Origin: Nitrospirota bacterium
GTDB taxonomy: Bacteria > Nitrospirota > Thermodesulfovibrionia > Thermodesulfovibrionales > SM23-35
DNA length: 64,000 nt
NCBI GenBank assembly: GCA_040753615.1
Contig: JBFMDO010000075.1
Coordinates: forward strand, 308-64,307
Direction of reading: 5' to 3'
Below the pieces are notes generated by a model. That model saw only the letters and a list, made by a program, of their open reading frames with translations. It had not been told where the DNA came from and ran no database searches. Shown here in pieces: positions 27,281 through 36,231 of the stretch. Each line of letters begins with the position of its first letter. Positions within the stretch are counted from its first letter, which is position 1. A program made the translations under genes and the position numbers.

Positions 27281-29853
27281 TCTATGGGTATCACAAAGGT
27301 AAACTTGCTCCCTTTTCCATATTCACTCTCTGCCCAAATCTTTCCGCCGTGAAGTTCAACAAATTTCTTCGTTAAAGCCAGTCCAAGCCCGGTGCCTTCA
27401 TATTTCTTTTCATATGGTGTTTCCAGTTGTGAGAATCCCTTAAAAAGTTTATCCATGTCTTCAGGTTTTATGCCGATACCTGTGTCTTCAACAGAGATTT
27501 CAATGAAATCGCTTAATCCCCCCTCGCCCCCCTTTAGCAAAGGGGGGATGGGGGGGATTTGTCCTTCCTGTATCGTGTATCCTGTATCGTGCATCGTGAC
27601 ACGTCGCGCAGCGACGTGCACAGAGCCTCCCTCCGGTGTAAACTTCACTGCATTGCTCAGAAGATTGAACATTATCTGCTTGAGTTTCCTCTCATCCGCT
27701 TCAATCTCAATATCAGCATCAGGTTCGATATCAAGACTCAATTTAATGCCGTGCTTCACCGCCTTTTCTTTCAACATTGACATAGATACATCAAGAACAT
27801 TTCTTAAAAGAAATCTTGTCAATTCAAGTTCCATTTTACCTGACTCTACTTTTGATAGATCAAGGATTTCGTTTATGAGATTTAATAAGTGCCTGCCGCT
27901 CCCTACGATGTCATTGATATATTCCTTTTGCTTTTCGTTAAGTTTTCCGTACATCTCATCCTGAAGTATCTCTGAAAATCCTATTATTGAATTCAAAGGC
28001 GTCCTCAATTCATGCGACATGTTTGCAAGAAAGTCGGACTTCGCCTTGTTAGCCGAAATTGCCTGAAGTTTTGACATCTCTGCCTCCTGCCTTCGCTGGA
28101 TAAGTTCAGAGTTTAAAAACTCAAGTTCACGATTTGCATTTTCAAGTTCCTCTGTCCTCTCTCTTACTAATTCTTCAAGATGCTCACGGTATTTCCTAAG
28201 CTCCTCCTCTACCTGTTTGCGCTCGGTAATGTCCTGAAAAGAACCGCGTACTTTCACAACCCTTCCGTCTTCAATAATCGGGTGCCCAATTGTTCTAACC
28301 CATTTATGATTTCCTTTAGCTGTTATTATCTCCAATTCCAAATCGTAGGGCTTTCCAATTTCAATCGCTTCTCTGACCGCTGTTTCGATTTTGATGCGGG
28401 ATTCACCATGGTAGAAACTGAGACCTAATTCTGCGTTTGTTTCTGCTCTGGGATCAAGTTCATGAATTCGGGCTACTTCATCTGTCCACGTTCCCTTAAG
28501 GCTAACTGGATCAAACTCCCAACCCCCGACTTTTGTAATTTTGCCGGTTTCATTTAGCAGTTCTTCATGGTATTTTAAAGCCTTTTCCGCCTGTTTAATC
28601 TCGGTGATATCTGTAAAAGCTATGACTGCTCCAATAATATTGCCATCTCCTATAATAGGAGTGCTTATATATTTAACCGGGAAACTTGTGCCATCCTTTT
28701 TCCAGAACACCTCTGTATCCACAGTATGGCTTACTCCATCCTTATAAGCGCGGCAGATTAGACACTCCTCTGCTGGATATGGACTTCCATTTGCTTTCGA
28801 ATGGTGCCAGATTGTATGGCTATTTTTACCAATAAGTTCCCCAACTTCATATCCGAGCATTTTAGCCGCAGATGGATTAACAAATATGTGATTCCCATAT
28901 TGATCTAAGCCCAAAATCCCTTCGCCTGCTGAGTTCAGAATCAGTTCGTTTTGACGCATGAGCCTTTTAATTGCCTTTTCCGCCTGCTTGCGTTCGGTAA
29001 TTTCCTGTTGAAGAAGGATATTTGCTTTTGAAAGCTCAGCAGTACGTTCTTCAACTTTTCTCTCCAATTCGTCATGAGCCTTCTGAAGCTCTTCCTCTGC
29101 CTGCTTGCGTTTCTGTTCGGTCTGTATCAGGCGTTGGGCAGCCAGTCCAATCCCGCTCATGCCGGCTATCCAGAGCAGAACGCAAACAAGTGTAAAAGTT
29201 AAGATATGTCCACGCTCAACAGCAATAAAGGAGTCCATAGGAATCGAAATGCTGATCCCGCCCCGAATGTCTCCTACACGGTATCCCTGCTTAGCATGGC
29301 ATTTTAGACAACCTTTTTCAGTAATTAACGGACTCATTAGCCGCATGTATTCTCTGCCTTCCAGTTTTTCAACCGAACTGATCTCGATCTCTCCACGCTC
29401 AAATGCATGGAGTGCAATGGTTTCCCACGAGTCAGGAGCATTCTCGGGACGGATTGGATTTAAGCTCGTGATATGTCCGCGAACACCAAGCTTCTGCTTC
29501 TCCAGTTCATGCACCTGGCGTGTCATATAAGCAGGATTCATTAGCGTTAGCAGTTTGCCCGATGGTGTGGTTATATCGCGCTCAGGTATGTGGGACAGAT
29601 GAGGGTTCGGCAGCGTCTCATTGGTAACCGGCACGTAGACCCCGCCGTGACCAGCGTTCCATCGGCGGTATATGATATCTTTCTCGTAAGTTGCCCGTGC
29701 TTGGATTTTCGCTTGTTCAAGTATCCCCTGTTTTGTGTCAACTATGTGCCACATCAGTGATGCAACAATGATAATCGTCCACGCCACTGCTACGACCCAA
29801 CTATAACGTTTCAGTTGGAGGGAAGGCAGTTTAACCTTTTCAAGAGCATTCAT
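27277..29853 (-). CDS. Sensor histidine kinase: TM, periplasmic Tll0287-like/DUF3365-like domain with CxxCH, TM, coiled coil, 2 PAS, HisKA, HATPase_c (with the same loop insertion)
   Basis: CLKCH at aa 182-186 (nt 29296-29310). PAS cores. H-box FLANMSHEL. Insertion TMHDTGYTIQEGQIPPIPPLLKGGEGGLSD. Confidence 0.9.
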   Translation of the reverse strand: MNALEKVKLPSLQLKRYSWVVAVAWTIIIVASLMWHIVDTKQGILEQAKIQARATYEKDIIYRRWNAGHGGVYVPVTNETLPNPHLSHIPERDITTPSGKLLTLMNPAYMTRQVHELEKQKLGVRGHITSLNPIRPENAPDSWETIALHAFERGEIEISSVEKLEGREYMRLMSPLITEKGCLKCHAKQGYRVGDIRGGISISIPMDSFIAVERGHILTFTLVCVLLWIAGMSGIGLAAQRLIQTEQKRKQAEEELQKAHDELERKVEERTAELSKANILLQQEITERKQAEKAIKRLMRQNELILNSAGEGILGLDQYGNHIFVNPSAAKMLGYEVGELIGKNSHTIWHHSKANGSPYPAEECLICRAYKDGVSHTVDTEVFWKKDGTSFPVKYISTPIIGDGNIIGAVIAFTDITEIKQAEKALKYHEELLNETGKITKVGGWEFDPVSLKGTWTDEVARIHELDPRAETNAELGLSFYHGESRIKIETAVREAIEIGKPYDLELEIITAKGNHKWVRTIGHPIIEDGRVVKVRGSFQDITERKQVEEELRKYREHLEELVRERTEELENANRELEFLNSELIQRRQEAEMSKLQAISANKAKSDFLANMSHELRTPLNSIIGFSEILQDEMYGKLNEKQKEYINDIVGSGRHLLNLINEILDLSKVESGKMELELTRFLLRNVLDVSMSMLKEKAVKHGIKLSLDIEPDADIEIEADERKLKQIMFNLLSNAVKFTPEGGSVHVAARRVTMHDTGYTIQEGQIPPIPPLLKGGEGGLSDFIEISVEDTGIGIKPEDMDKLFKGFSQLETPYEKKYEGTGLGLALTKKFVELHGGKIWAESEYGKGSKFTFVIPIE
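27513..27559. repeat. G/C-run hairpin element, copy B, inside the kinase CDS
   Basis: ttaatcccccctcgcccccctttagcaaaggggggatgggggggatt. Two mismatches to copy A. Confidence 0.85.
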
Positions 29854-29992
29854 AACAATATGCCTGATTTTATTTTAAATTAAAAATCGGACTCTATTAA
29901 AATTCTATCAGAAATAGTTAAGGTGTCAAGAGTTTTGTCAGCAGCACCCCATATCTTTGCAAATTTAAGATTAACTTTATGCATAATCCGGG

Positions 29993-30397
29993 TTAATAAT
30001 CTGGAGCTACATTACCACGTTCATTAGAAATTCTCTCCAATATCTCCCTAACTGTTTTTATAAAATCTTTAATATTTACAGGCTTTGAGATATACCCATC
30101 AAATCCTTCACTGAGGAATTTTTCTTTGCCGCCTGCCTTCGCATATGAAGTTATAGCAATAACAGGAATTGAAGATGTGGAGTGATCAGATTTAAGTATC
30201 TTCAAGGCTGATAATCCATCCATGATAGGCATTTGTATGTCCATTAAGATAAGATGGGGGATATGCTCTTTTGCCAATTCAATGCCCCGCTTGCCATTTT
30301 CTGCCTCTAATGTTTCGTAGCCATGTTTTTGAAGCATCACCGTAAACAATTTTCGATTGCCATCTTTGTCATCTACTATGAGTATTTTCTTAGACAT
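29993..30397 (-). CDS. Single-domain response regulator
   Basis: ILIVDDKD…ILMDIQMP…SKP. 134 aa. Confidence 0.9.
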   Translation of the reverse strand: MSKKILIVDDKDGNRKLFTVMLQKHGYETLEAENGKRGIELAKEHIPHLILMDIQMPIMDGLSALKILKSDHSTSSIPVIAITSYAKAGGKEKFLSEGFDGYISKPVNIKDFIKTVREILERISNERGNVAPDY

Positions 30398-30586
30398 AAT
30401 TACCCCCTGAATTGATAATCCCCTGTAACGTACAACCTATCCTTACATAAAAAGATTATATCCTTTAAAAAAATATGTCTATCGCAGGATGTATTATTTT
30501 TTGTAGTGGATTTTATTAATAATTTGTAGTCGTTTCAGTTACAAAACTTATTTAATACAGATATGAGAAATTATTGATATAGTCTA

Positions 30587-31225
30587 TCAATTTACCAACG
30601 TGTGCTTAATTGCGTAATGGATTAATTCTGCAGTGGTTTTCATATCCATTTTTTCGAGGATACGGTTGCGATATGTTCCGACTGTATTTACACTGAGGGA
30701 AAGTTCCTCAGCTATTTCTTTTGGCTTTATCCCTTTTGCTATCATACATAAGATATTATATTCACGTTCTGTAAGTCTTTCATGGGGTAATTTTTCCTCC
30801 TTATCTTTACCAATAAGATAGAAGGTCAATTTTTTAGCAAGTGAAGCACTAATATATCTCCTGCCCCCTGATATTCTCCTGATAGCTGAATCAAGTTCTT
30901 CAAATGCAGATTTTTTTGACAGATATCCTGAGGCGCCTAATTTCAGTGCTTTAATTACATATTGTTCTTCATCATGGATACTGAGCACCAAAACAGGGAG
31001 TTCCGGCTTTTTTTCTCTCAATTCGTTCAGGATATCCAGTCCGCTTCTGTCAGGCAGGGAGATATCAAGTAAAAGGATGTCATACGTATTCTTTTCTATT
31101 TTATTCAATACTTCCTGAGCAGTCGTTGCCTCTCCAGTTACCTTGATATCTGGAATATTCTCGAGCATCTTTTTTATCCCTTCACGAACAACTGGATGAT
31201 CATCTGCAATAAGAATCTTAATCAT
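30587..31225 (-). CDS. NarL/FixJ (LuxR-type HTH) family response regulator
   Basis: REC (ILIADDHP…LLDISLP) plus C-terminal LuxR HTH (LTEREYNILCMIAKG…IAEELSLSVNTVGTY). Confidence 0.92.
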   Translation of the reverse strand: MIKILIADDHPVVREGIKKMLENIPDIKVTGEATTAQEVLNKIEKNTYDILLLDISLPDRSGLDILNELREKKPELPVLVLSIHDEEQYVIKALKLGASGYLSKKSAFEELDSAIRRISGGRRYISASLAKKLTFYLIGKDKEEKLPHERLTEREYNILCMIAKGIKPKEIAEELSLSVNTVGTYRNRILEKMDMKTTAELIHYAIKHTLVN

Positions 31226-33015
31226 CTGGGAACACTTACCTCCACCGTAGTCCCTTTCCCATGAATCCCCTGAATTGAAAATGTGCCTCCCAGAAACTGA
31301 ATACGCTCCTTTATCCCGAGCAGTCCGAGTGAGCGGGGATTGGCAATCTGTTGTTCTGTAATGCCTATACCATTATCCTCTATAATTAAGTTTATTCTGT
31401 CAGGCTTTTCTTTCAGGATAATATTGACCTTTGTTGCTCTCGCATGACGCGCAATATTGGTTAATGTCTCCTGAAGGATGCGGAAAAGATTGATAGAGGT
31501 CTTTCTATCAATCTTAATTTCTTCTTCTCTTTCCATAGTAACTTCGCATTTTATATGTGTCCTGTTTTCAAATTCTTCCGCCTGCCATCTAATTGCTGCT
31601 AATAATCCGAGATCATCCAGTATAGCAGGCCTGAGCTCTCTGGATATCTTTTGGACTGTATCAATAGCTTTATCTAACAACTGGCTTATCGAATCTATGT
31701 GCGCAGCAACTTCATTTTTTTCAGGCTTTATTCCATTAAATAAAATACGACATTGTATTTTCAAGCCAGTAAGTAACTGCCCCAGTTCATCATGTATCTC
31801 GCGTGAGAGAAGCACCCTCTCTTCCTCCCTTATTGTTTGCAAACGGGAGTAAAGATTGCGTAATTGGTCGCGTGAATTTTTCAGATTCTCCTCTGCCTCT
31901 TTGCGTTCGGTGATGTCTCTCACTGAGCTTATTACCTGAACCACGTTTCCATTATTATCAAAAATTGGGGTGCCCTGACTATCAAAATATTTTATGGTGC
32001 CGTCTCTTAAAACCGCCTTTTTTTCCACACGAACCGCTTCACCTTTTTCAAAAACAGGTTGAGCCGAACATATTTCACAAGGCTTATCACAGTGTTGAAA
32101 TACCTTGTAGCAATTTTTACCAATAACTTGTTCTTCCTTCAACCCTAATGCCTCAAGACGATATCTGTTTACCTGTTTAACAATTAGGTCTTTATCCATG
32201 ATAGCCAGTCCATCATTGATAGAATTAAAGATTGTTTGTAATTTATTAGCAACTTCGACAGCCTTGTCCTCTAATTGTTTTTTCTCTGTAACATCGTTTA
32301 TAACGCAGGCTACGCCGCTTATCCTTTCCCCCTCGTAAAAGGGTCTGGCTTGAACTTCAATATAAAACTTGCTGCCATCTTTTTTAATGGCAGCAAGTTT
32401 TATATTCTCAGGAAAAATCCTTGTATCAATGGCTTTTTCAAATTCCTTCCATATTCTATCTCTCATTTCTGAATGAACAAACTCACGAAAATGTCTTCCT
32501 ATAATCTCTCCCGGTCCGTCATAGCCAAACATTTTTAACAGGGACTTGTTAACAAATGTTATTGTTCCTTTTATATCAGTGCTGAAAAAGCAATTTTGTA
32601 TCTCGGTCAATATAGTGCGATACCTCTCCTCCTCTTCCTTTATTCGCTGAACTTCTATCGCACGTTCTATAACCACCTTTAAAATCATAAAGTCTATTGG
32701 TTTTGTAATGAAATCGAAAGCGCCTGCCTTCATTGCCTCAACAGCATCAGGGAGGGTGCCTTTCCCTGATATCATGATGCAGACAAGATGAGGACCTGTC
32801 TTTGTTGCTGCCTTTATTAATTCAATCCCATTTATCTTCGGCATTATAAGATCAGCAAGAAGCAGGTTGAATTTCTGGTGTTTCAATAACTCAAGTGCAT
32901 CTTTGCCTGAGGCAACCCCCACTGCATCGTAGCCAAATTTTTTGAGGAAGGCACAGATGGCATTCAAGGTATCAGTTTCATCATCAACAACAAGGACACT
33001 TCCTGAAATGGTCAT
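31222..33015 (-). CDS. Hybrid kinase: REC + 2 PAS + HisKA_3 + HATPase_c (NarX/DegS-type)
   Basis: REC (VLVVDDETD…). H-box REIHDELGQ. HATPase DNGIGI. 4-nt overlap with the downstream regulator gene. Confidence 0.9.
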   Translation of the reverse strand: MTISGSVLVVDDETDTLNAICAFLKKFGYDAVGVASGKDALELLKHQKFNLLLADLIMPKINGIELIKAATKTGPHLVCIMISGKGTLPDAVEAMKAGAFDFITKPIDFMILKVVIERAIEVQRIKEEEERYRTILTEIQNCFFSTDIKGTITFVNKSLLKMFGYDGPGEIIGRHFREFVHSEMRDRIWKEFEKAIDTRIFPENIKLAAIKKDGSKFYIEVQARPFYEGERISGVACVINDVTEKKQLEDKAVEVANKLQTIFNSINDGLAIMDKDLIVKQVNRYRLEALGLKEEQVIGKNCYKVFQHCDKPCEICSAQPVFEKGEAVRVEKKAVLRDGTIKYFDSQGTPIFDNNGNVVQVISSVRDITERKEAEENLKNSRDQLRNLYSRLQTIREEERVLLSREIHDELGQLLTGLKIQCRILFNGIKPEKNEVAAHIDSISQLLDKAIDTVQKISRELRPAILDDLGLLAAIRWQAEEFENRTHIKCEVTMEREEEIKIDRKTSINLFRILQETLTNIARHARATKVNIILKEKPDRINLIIEDNGIGITEQQIANPRSLGLLGIKERIQFLGGTFSIQGIHGKGTTVEVSVPR

Positions 33016-33080
33016 TTTATCTCCTTTTTAATTTTATCACAATAAAATGGTTCTAAAAAGGGCTGCAATCAGAATAAAAC

Positions 33081-33109
33081 TTGACAATAATAAATCCTTT
33101 TGGTATTTC
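33081..33109 (+). promoter_or_regulatory. Candidate promoter TTGACA-17 nt-TATTTC upstream of the envelope cluster
   Basis: Perfect -35 hexamer at 33081-33086. The -10 candidate at 33104-33109 is weak. SD AAGGAGGG precedes the ATG at 33161. Confidence 0.3.
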
Positions 33110-33130
33110 TACTATAGAATTTCTGTAGTA
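33110..33130. promoter_or_regulatory. Inverted repeat TACTATAG-aattt-CTGTAGTA (one mismatch); possible operator
   Basis: Read directly. It overlaps or follows the candidate -10 in the divergent region next to the NarL-type pair. Confidence 0.25.
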
Positions 33131-33160
33131 TAAATCTTTTAATTTAAAGGAGGGACTTTT

Positions 33161-33925
33161 ATGAAAAAGTCTTCAGTTTTTGCAGGAATCTTATTTTTAG
33201 CTCTGGCTTTTCTGGTTCCGCACACTGCGTCTGCCATCGGTTTTGAGGCAGCTATTGGTGGATGGCAACAGGATCCATCAGGTGATATTAGTTATAAGGG
33301 TGAATCTCTGAGCGTTGAGGACGAACTGAAATATGATGCAGAAACCAAGATATTCGGCAGGGTAAAGATTGATATGCCCTCAGTGCTTCCCAATATTTAC
33401 CTTATGGCAACACCAATGAAGTTTGAGGCTGAAGGAAGCAAAGATATAAGCTTTACATTCGGCGACGAGACATTTGCTGCTAATGTGCCTTTTGATTCAA
33501 GTGTCCAGCTCAACCATTATGATATTTGTTTATATTATGGGTTGCCTTTCGTCGAAACCGCTTCACTCGGAAAACTCAATGCAGAGATAGGGATTAATGC
33601 AAGAATTATTGATTTTGAAGCCGAGGTAAGTCAGGACACAATAAATATAAGTGAATCAACAAGTCTTACCATCCCTGTACCTATGATATATGTTGGCATA
33701 CAGGTTAAACCTGTTGACCTTATAGCAGTTGAGGCTGAGGCAAGGGGAATTGCATATAGCGGAAATCATTATTATGACCTTATCGGCAGATTAAAGGTTA
33801 AACCAGTAGACCCTCTTTTTATTGCAGGCGGTTACAGATATGAAAATATAAAGATAGATGAAAGCGATGTAGAGGCAGAATTTACATTTCAGGGTCCTTT
33901 TCTCGAGGCAGGAGTTGAGTTTTAA
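33161..33925 (+). CDS. Outer-membrane beta-barrel protein (resembles the TIGR04219 GlyGly OMP family)
   Basis: Signal peptide …PHTASA. AAIGGWQQDPSGDISYKG. Alternating-hydrophobic strands with a terminal aromatic (…GVEF). Confidence 0.6.
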   Translation: MKKSSVFAGILFLALAFLVPHTASAIGFEAAIGGWQQDPSGDISYKGESLSVEDELKYDAETKIFGRVKIDMPSVLPNIYLMATPMKFEAEGSKDISFTFGDETFAANVPFDSSVQLNHYDICLYYGLPFVETASLGKLNAEIGINARIIDFEAEVSQDTINISESTSLTIPVPMIYVGIQVKPVDLIAVEAEARGIAYSGNHYYDLIGRLKVKPVDPLFIAGGYRYENIKIDESDVEAEFTFQGPFLEAGVEF

Positions 33926-33974
33926 ATAAAAATATTACGAATATAGATTATTAAACAATGAGGTAGAAGGACAA

Positions 33975-35132
33975 ATGTGCAAAAAAATATTTGTGATATT
34001 TCTTCTTATGTTTTTCTCCTATCTCTCAGAAGGGTTGGCAGGCATTAAATGTATTGACGCCGAGGGCGAGGCGGTTATATTAAACAATGATATCCCTTCC
34101 TCCAAGGCAGAGGCTGTTGCAAGGGCAAAATGGTCTGCGATAGAACAGACAATTGGTGTTGAGGTCAAGGCACAGAGCATAGTGCAGAATTTTGCTATTG
34201 TTGATGATGCAGTAAGCAAAAATATACAGGGTCTTGTCACAGGTTACAAAGTTCTTGCTCAAGATACTCGTGAAGATACATTCTGGGTCAGGGCAAATGT
34301 ATGCATTGAGTCGAGAAAGGCAGAGGATGCATTGATGTCATTGGCATTGAACAATTCTATAGCCGTGTTTATTCCTGCAAGAAAACCAAAGGTTATAAGC
34401 GAATATGACACAAAGCACAGTAGTTATCTTCATACAACCGATGAATATGAAGAAACAAATATCCTTTCAGAGACAGTGATAGGCAAGCTTATAGAACACG
34501 GGTATCAGGTAGTTGATGTTGCTCCAACACATGCAATGGATGCTGCTGACATTGAAAAGGCAGTAAAGTCAGGGAATTACATGACTGTAAGGTCGCTGAT
34601 GTATAAATTTCTCTCTAATGTCCTTCTCATTGGAAAGATTGACTATACTGTATCAACCAAAAAAGGAGAAGATGTGGGTTATGGCATCTCAATGCCATTT
34701 CATAATGTTACTGTAAGGCTTACTTACAGGCTTATCACGCGGGATAAGACAGGGAAAAACGTCATTCTCCATGCAGGTGTGGAAGAGGCAAAAGGCATGG
34801 CTATGAGTGTTAATGATGCAACAGAAAAAGGCATCAAGGAACTCGCAGACAAGGTAACGCCTGCCATCCTGAATGCTATGGCAAAACATGCACAAGGGGC
34901 TTCGAAAAAGATAATCTTTACAGTAAGAAATGTGCCTGACATAAGCACAAATTTTGAGATAAAGGAAATATTACAGAATACTACATGGGTGACCTCTGTA
35001 GAGGAAAAGAAACTCGGAGAGTTTCTAATTGGCTATCCAGAGAATATAGTCTATCTAATAAACAGCCTTGTTCAGAGAAATTTCAGGCTTGTAGATTTCA
35101 CAAATTATTCCACAACAATGGACTATAGATAG
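33975..35132 (+). CDS. Exported protein with an LPP20/FlgT-N-like N-terminal domain
   Basis: Signal peptide. SSKAEAVARAKWSAIEQTIGVEVKAQS…GLVTGYKVL matches the LPP20/FlgT_N pattern by eye. Confidence 0.45.
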   Translation: MCKKIFVIFLLMFFSYLSEGLAGIKCIDAEGEAVILNNDIPSSKAEAVARAKWSAIEQTIGVEVKAQSIVQNFAIVDDAVSKNIQGLVTGYKVLAQDTREDTFWVRANVCIESRKAEDALMSLALNNSIAVFIPARKPKVISEYDTKHSSYLHTTDEYEETNILSETVIGKLIEHGYQVVDVAPTHAMDAADIEKAVKSGNYMTVRSLMYKFLSNVLLIGKIDYTVSTKKGEDVGYGISMPFHNVTVRLTYRLITRDKTGKNVILHAGVEEAKGMAMSVNDATEKGIKELADKVTPAILNAMAKHAQGASKKIIFTVRNVPDISTNFEIKEILQNTTWVTSVEEKKLGEFLIGYPENIVYLINSLVQRNFRLVDFTNYSTTMDYR

Positions 35133-35189
35133 ATTAAGTGTAAACCGTGTTGTAGCAAAGAAAAAATATCTAAACAAATAAAAAAAGAG

Positions 35190-36215
35190 ATGAAAAAAAC
35201 CATAGTGTTTCTTGTGTTCTTTTTCTTTGTAATTTCTTCTCTTAATTTTGTCAGTGCGGAGGACAAAGAATCTGATATAGTATTTTTGGCTGTCGGGGAT
35301 ATTATGCTGAGCAGATACATCGGCAAGGTGATGGCAGTAAAAGGCAATGATTATCCTTTTGAGAAGGTTATGCCATTCCTCCGTAAAGGAGACATTGTCT
35401 TTGGCAACCTCGAATCTGTCATTAGTGCAAATTATAATACCCCTTTTTTCCCTGAAAAGCCTTACAATTTTCTCGCCTCTCCAGACATAGTTAAAACCCT
35501 CAGAGATGCTGGTTTCACTGTATTCAATATAGCTAATAACCATGCAATGGATTATGGACCTGCTGCTTTATTGGAAATGCGTCAGCTTTTAAAGGATTCG
35601 GGGATAGATGTTTTCGGAGCCGGCAAAGATTTAGAGGAGGCACGCTGTCCTGCTGTGATCACTGTCAACGGATTACGGCTTGCAATTCTCGGTTATGGGG
35701 TAGCTCATTCCAATCAGGTGTATGCAGGACACAGCAAGGCAGGCATATTGCCTGTTCGGCTCGATTATATCCGTAAGGATATCCAGACTTTACGCAGCAA
35801 GGTAGATTTTTTAATAGTCTCATTACACTGGGGAAAAGAATATGAGAGATTTCCGACTGAAGATCAGCGAAGAATTGCACATCTGGTAATTGACTGGGGA
35901 GCAGATATGATCCTCGGTCACCATCCCCATGTATTGCAGGGCATAGAGCTATACAAAGACAAAATGATTGTATACAGCCTCGGCAACTTCCTTTTTGACC
36001 AGAAGGGGAACGGCACTGATGGAAGTATTATCTTAGCCTGCAGGTTTAAAGATAAAGTTCTACATTCAATGGAAGTTATCCCATTAGATAGATTCCGCGC
36101 ATTCTTTCCAAAGGTGGCTGAGGGCAGCAAAAAAGAGGAAATATTGGGAGATTTAAAAAGGTTCTCGCTGCCACTAAATTCTGATCCAGCTATATTAAAA
36201 GATATTGGGTTATAA
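35190..36215 (+). CDS. CapA/PGA_cap family metallophosphoesterase-like protein, exported
   Basis: Signal peptide. AVGDIMLSR, GNLES, NIANNHAMDYG, SLHWGKEY, GHHPHVLQG, SLGNFLFDQ. Confidence 0.85.
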   Translation: MKKTIVFLVFFFFVISSLNFVSAEDKESDIVFLAVGDIMLSRYIGKVMAVKGNDYPFEKVMPFLRKGDIVFGNLESVISANYNTPFFPEKPYNFLASPDIVKTLRDAGFTVFNIANNHAMDYGPAALLEMRQLLKDSGIDVFGAGKDLEEARCPAVITVNGLRLAILGYGVAHSNQVYAGHSKAGILPVRLDYIRKDIQTLRSKVDFLIVSLHWGKEYERFPTEDQRRIAHLVIDWGADMILGHHPHVLQGIELYKDKMIVYSLGNFLFDQKGNGTDGSIILACRFKDKVLHSMEVIPLDRFRAFFPKVAEGSKKEEILGDLKRFSLPLNSDPAILKDIGL

Positions 36216-36231
36216 ATAGAGGAGGCGCGAT

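Noticed and set aside
30501-30547. Recurrence of the TGTAGT hexamer near regulator genes (30502, 30525, 33124, and within the heptad arrays) as a shared operator
   Set aside because: A 6-mer is expected dozens of times in 64 kb on two strands, and the orientations are inconsistent. It is not significant without a formal motif test.
35055-35543. 162-aa minus-strand ORF spanning the 33975/35190 gene junction
   Set aside because: It overlaps two well-supported plus-strand genes and has no family resemblance or SD.
35190-36215. Interpreting the CapA-like gene as marking a poly-gamma-glutamate capsule locus
   Set aside because: CapB/PgsB and CapC/PgsC ligase components are absent from the window. 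CapA-family phosphoesterases are widespread outside PGA synthesis.
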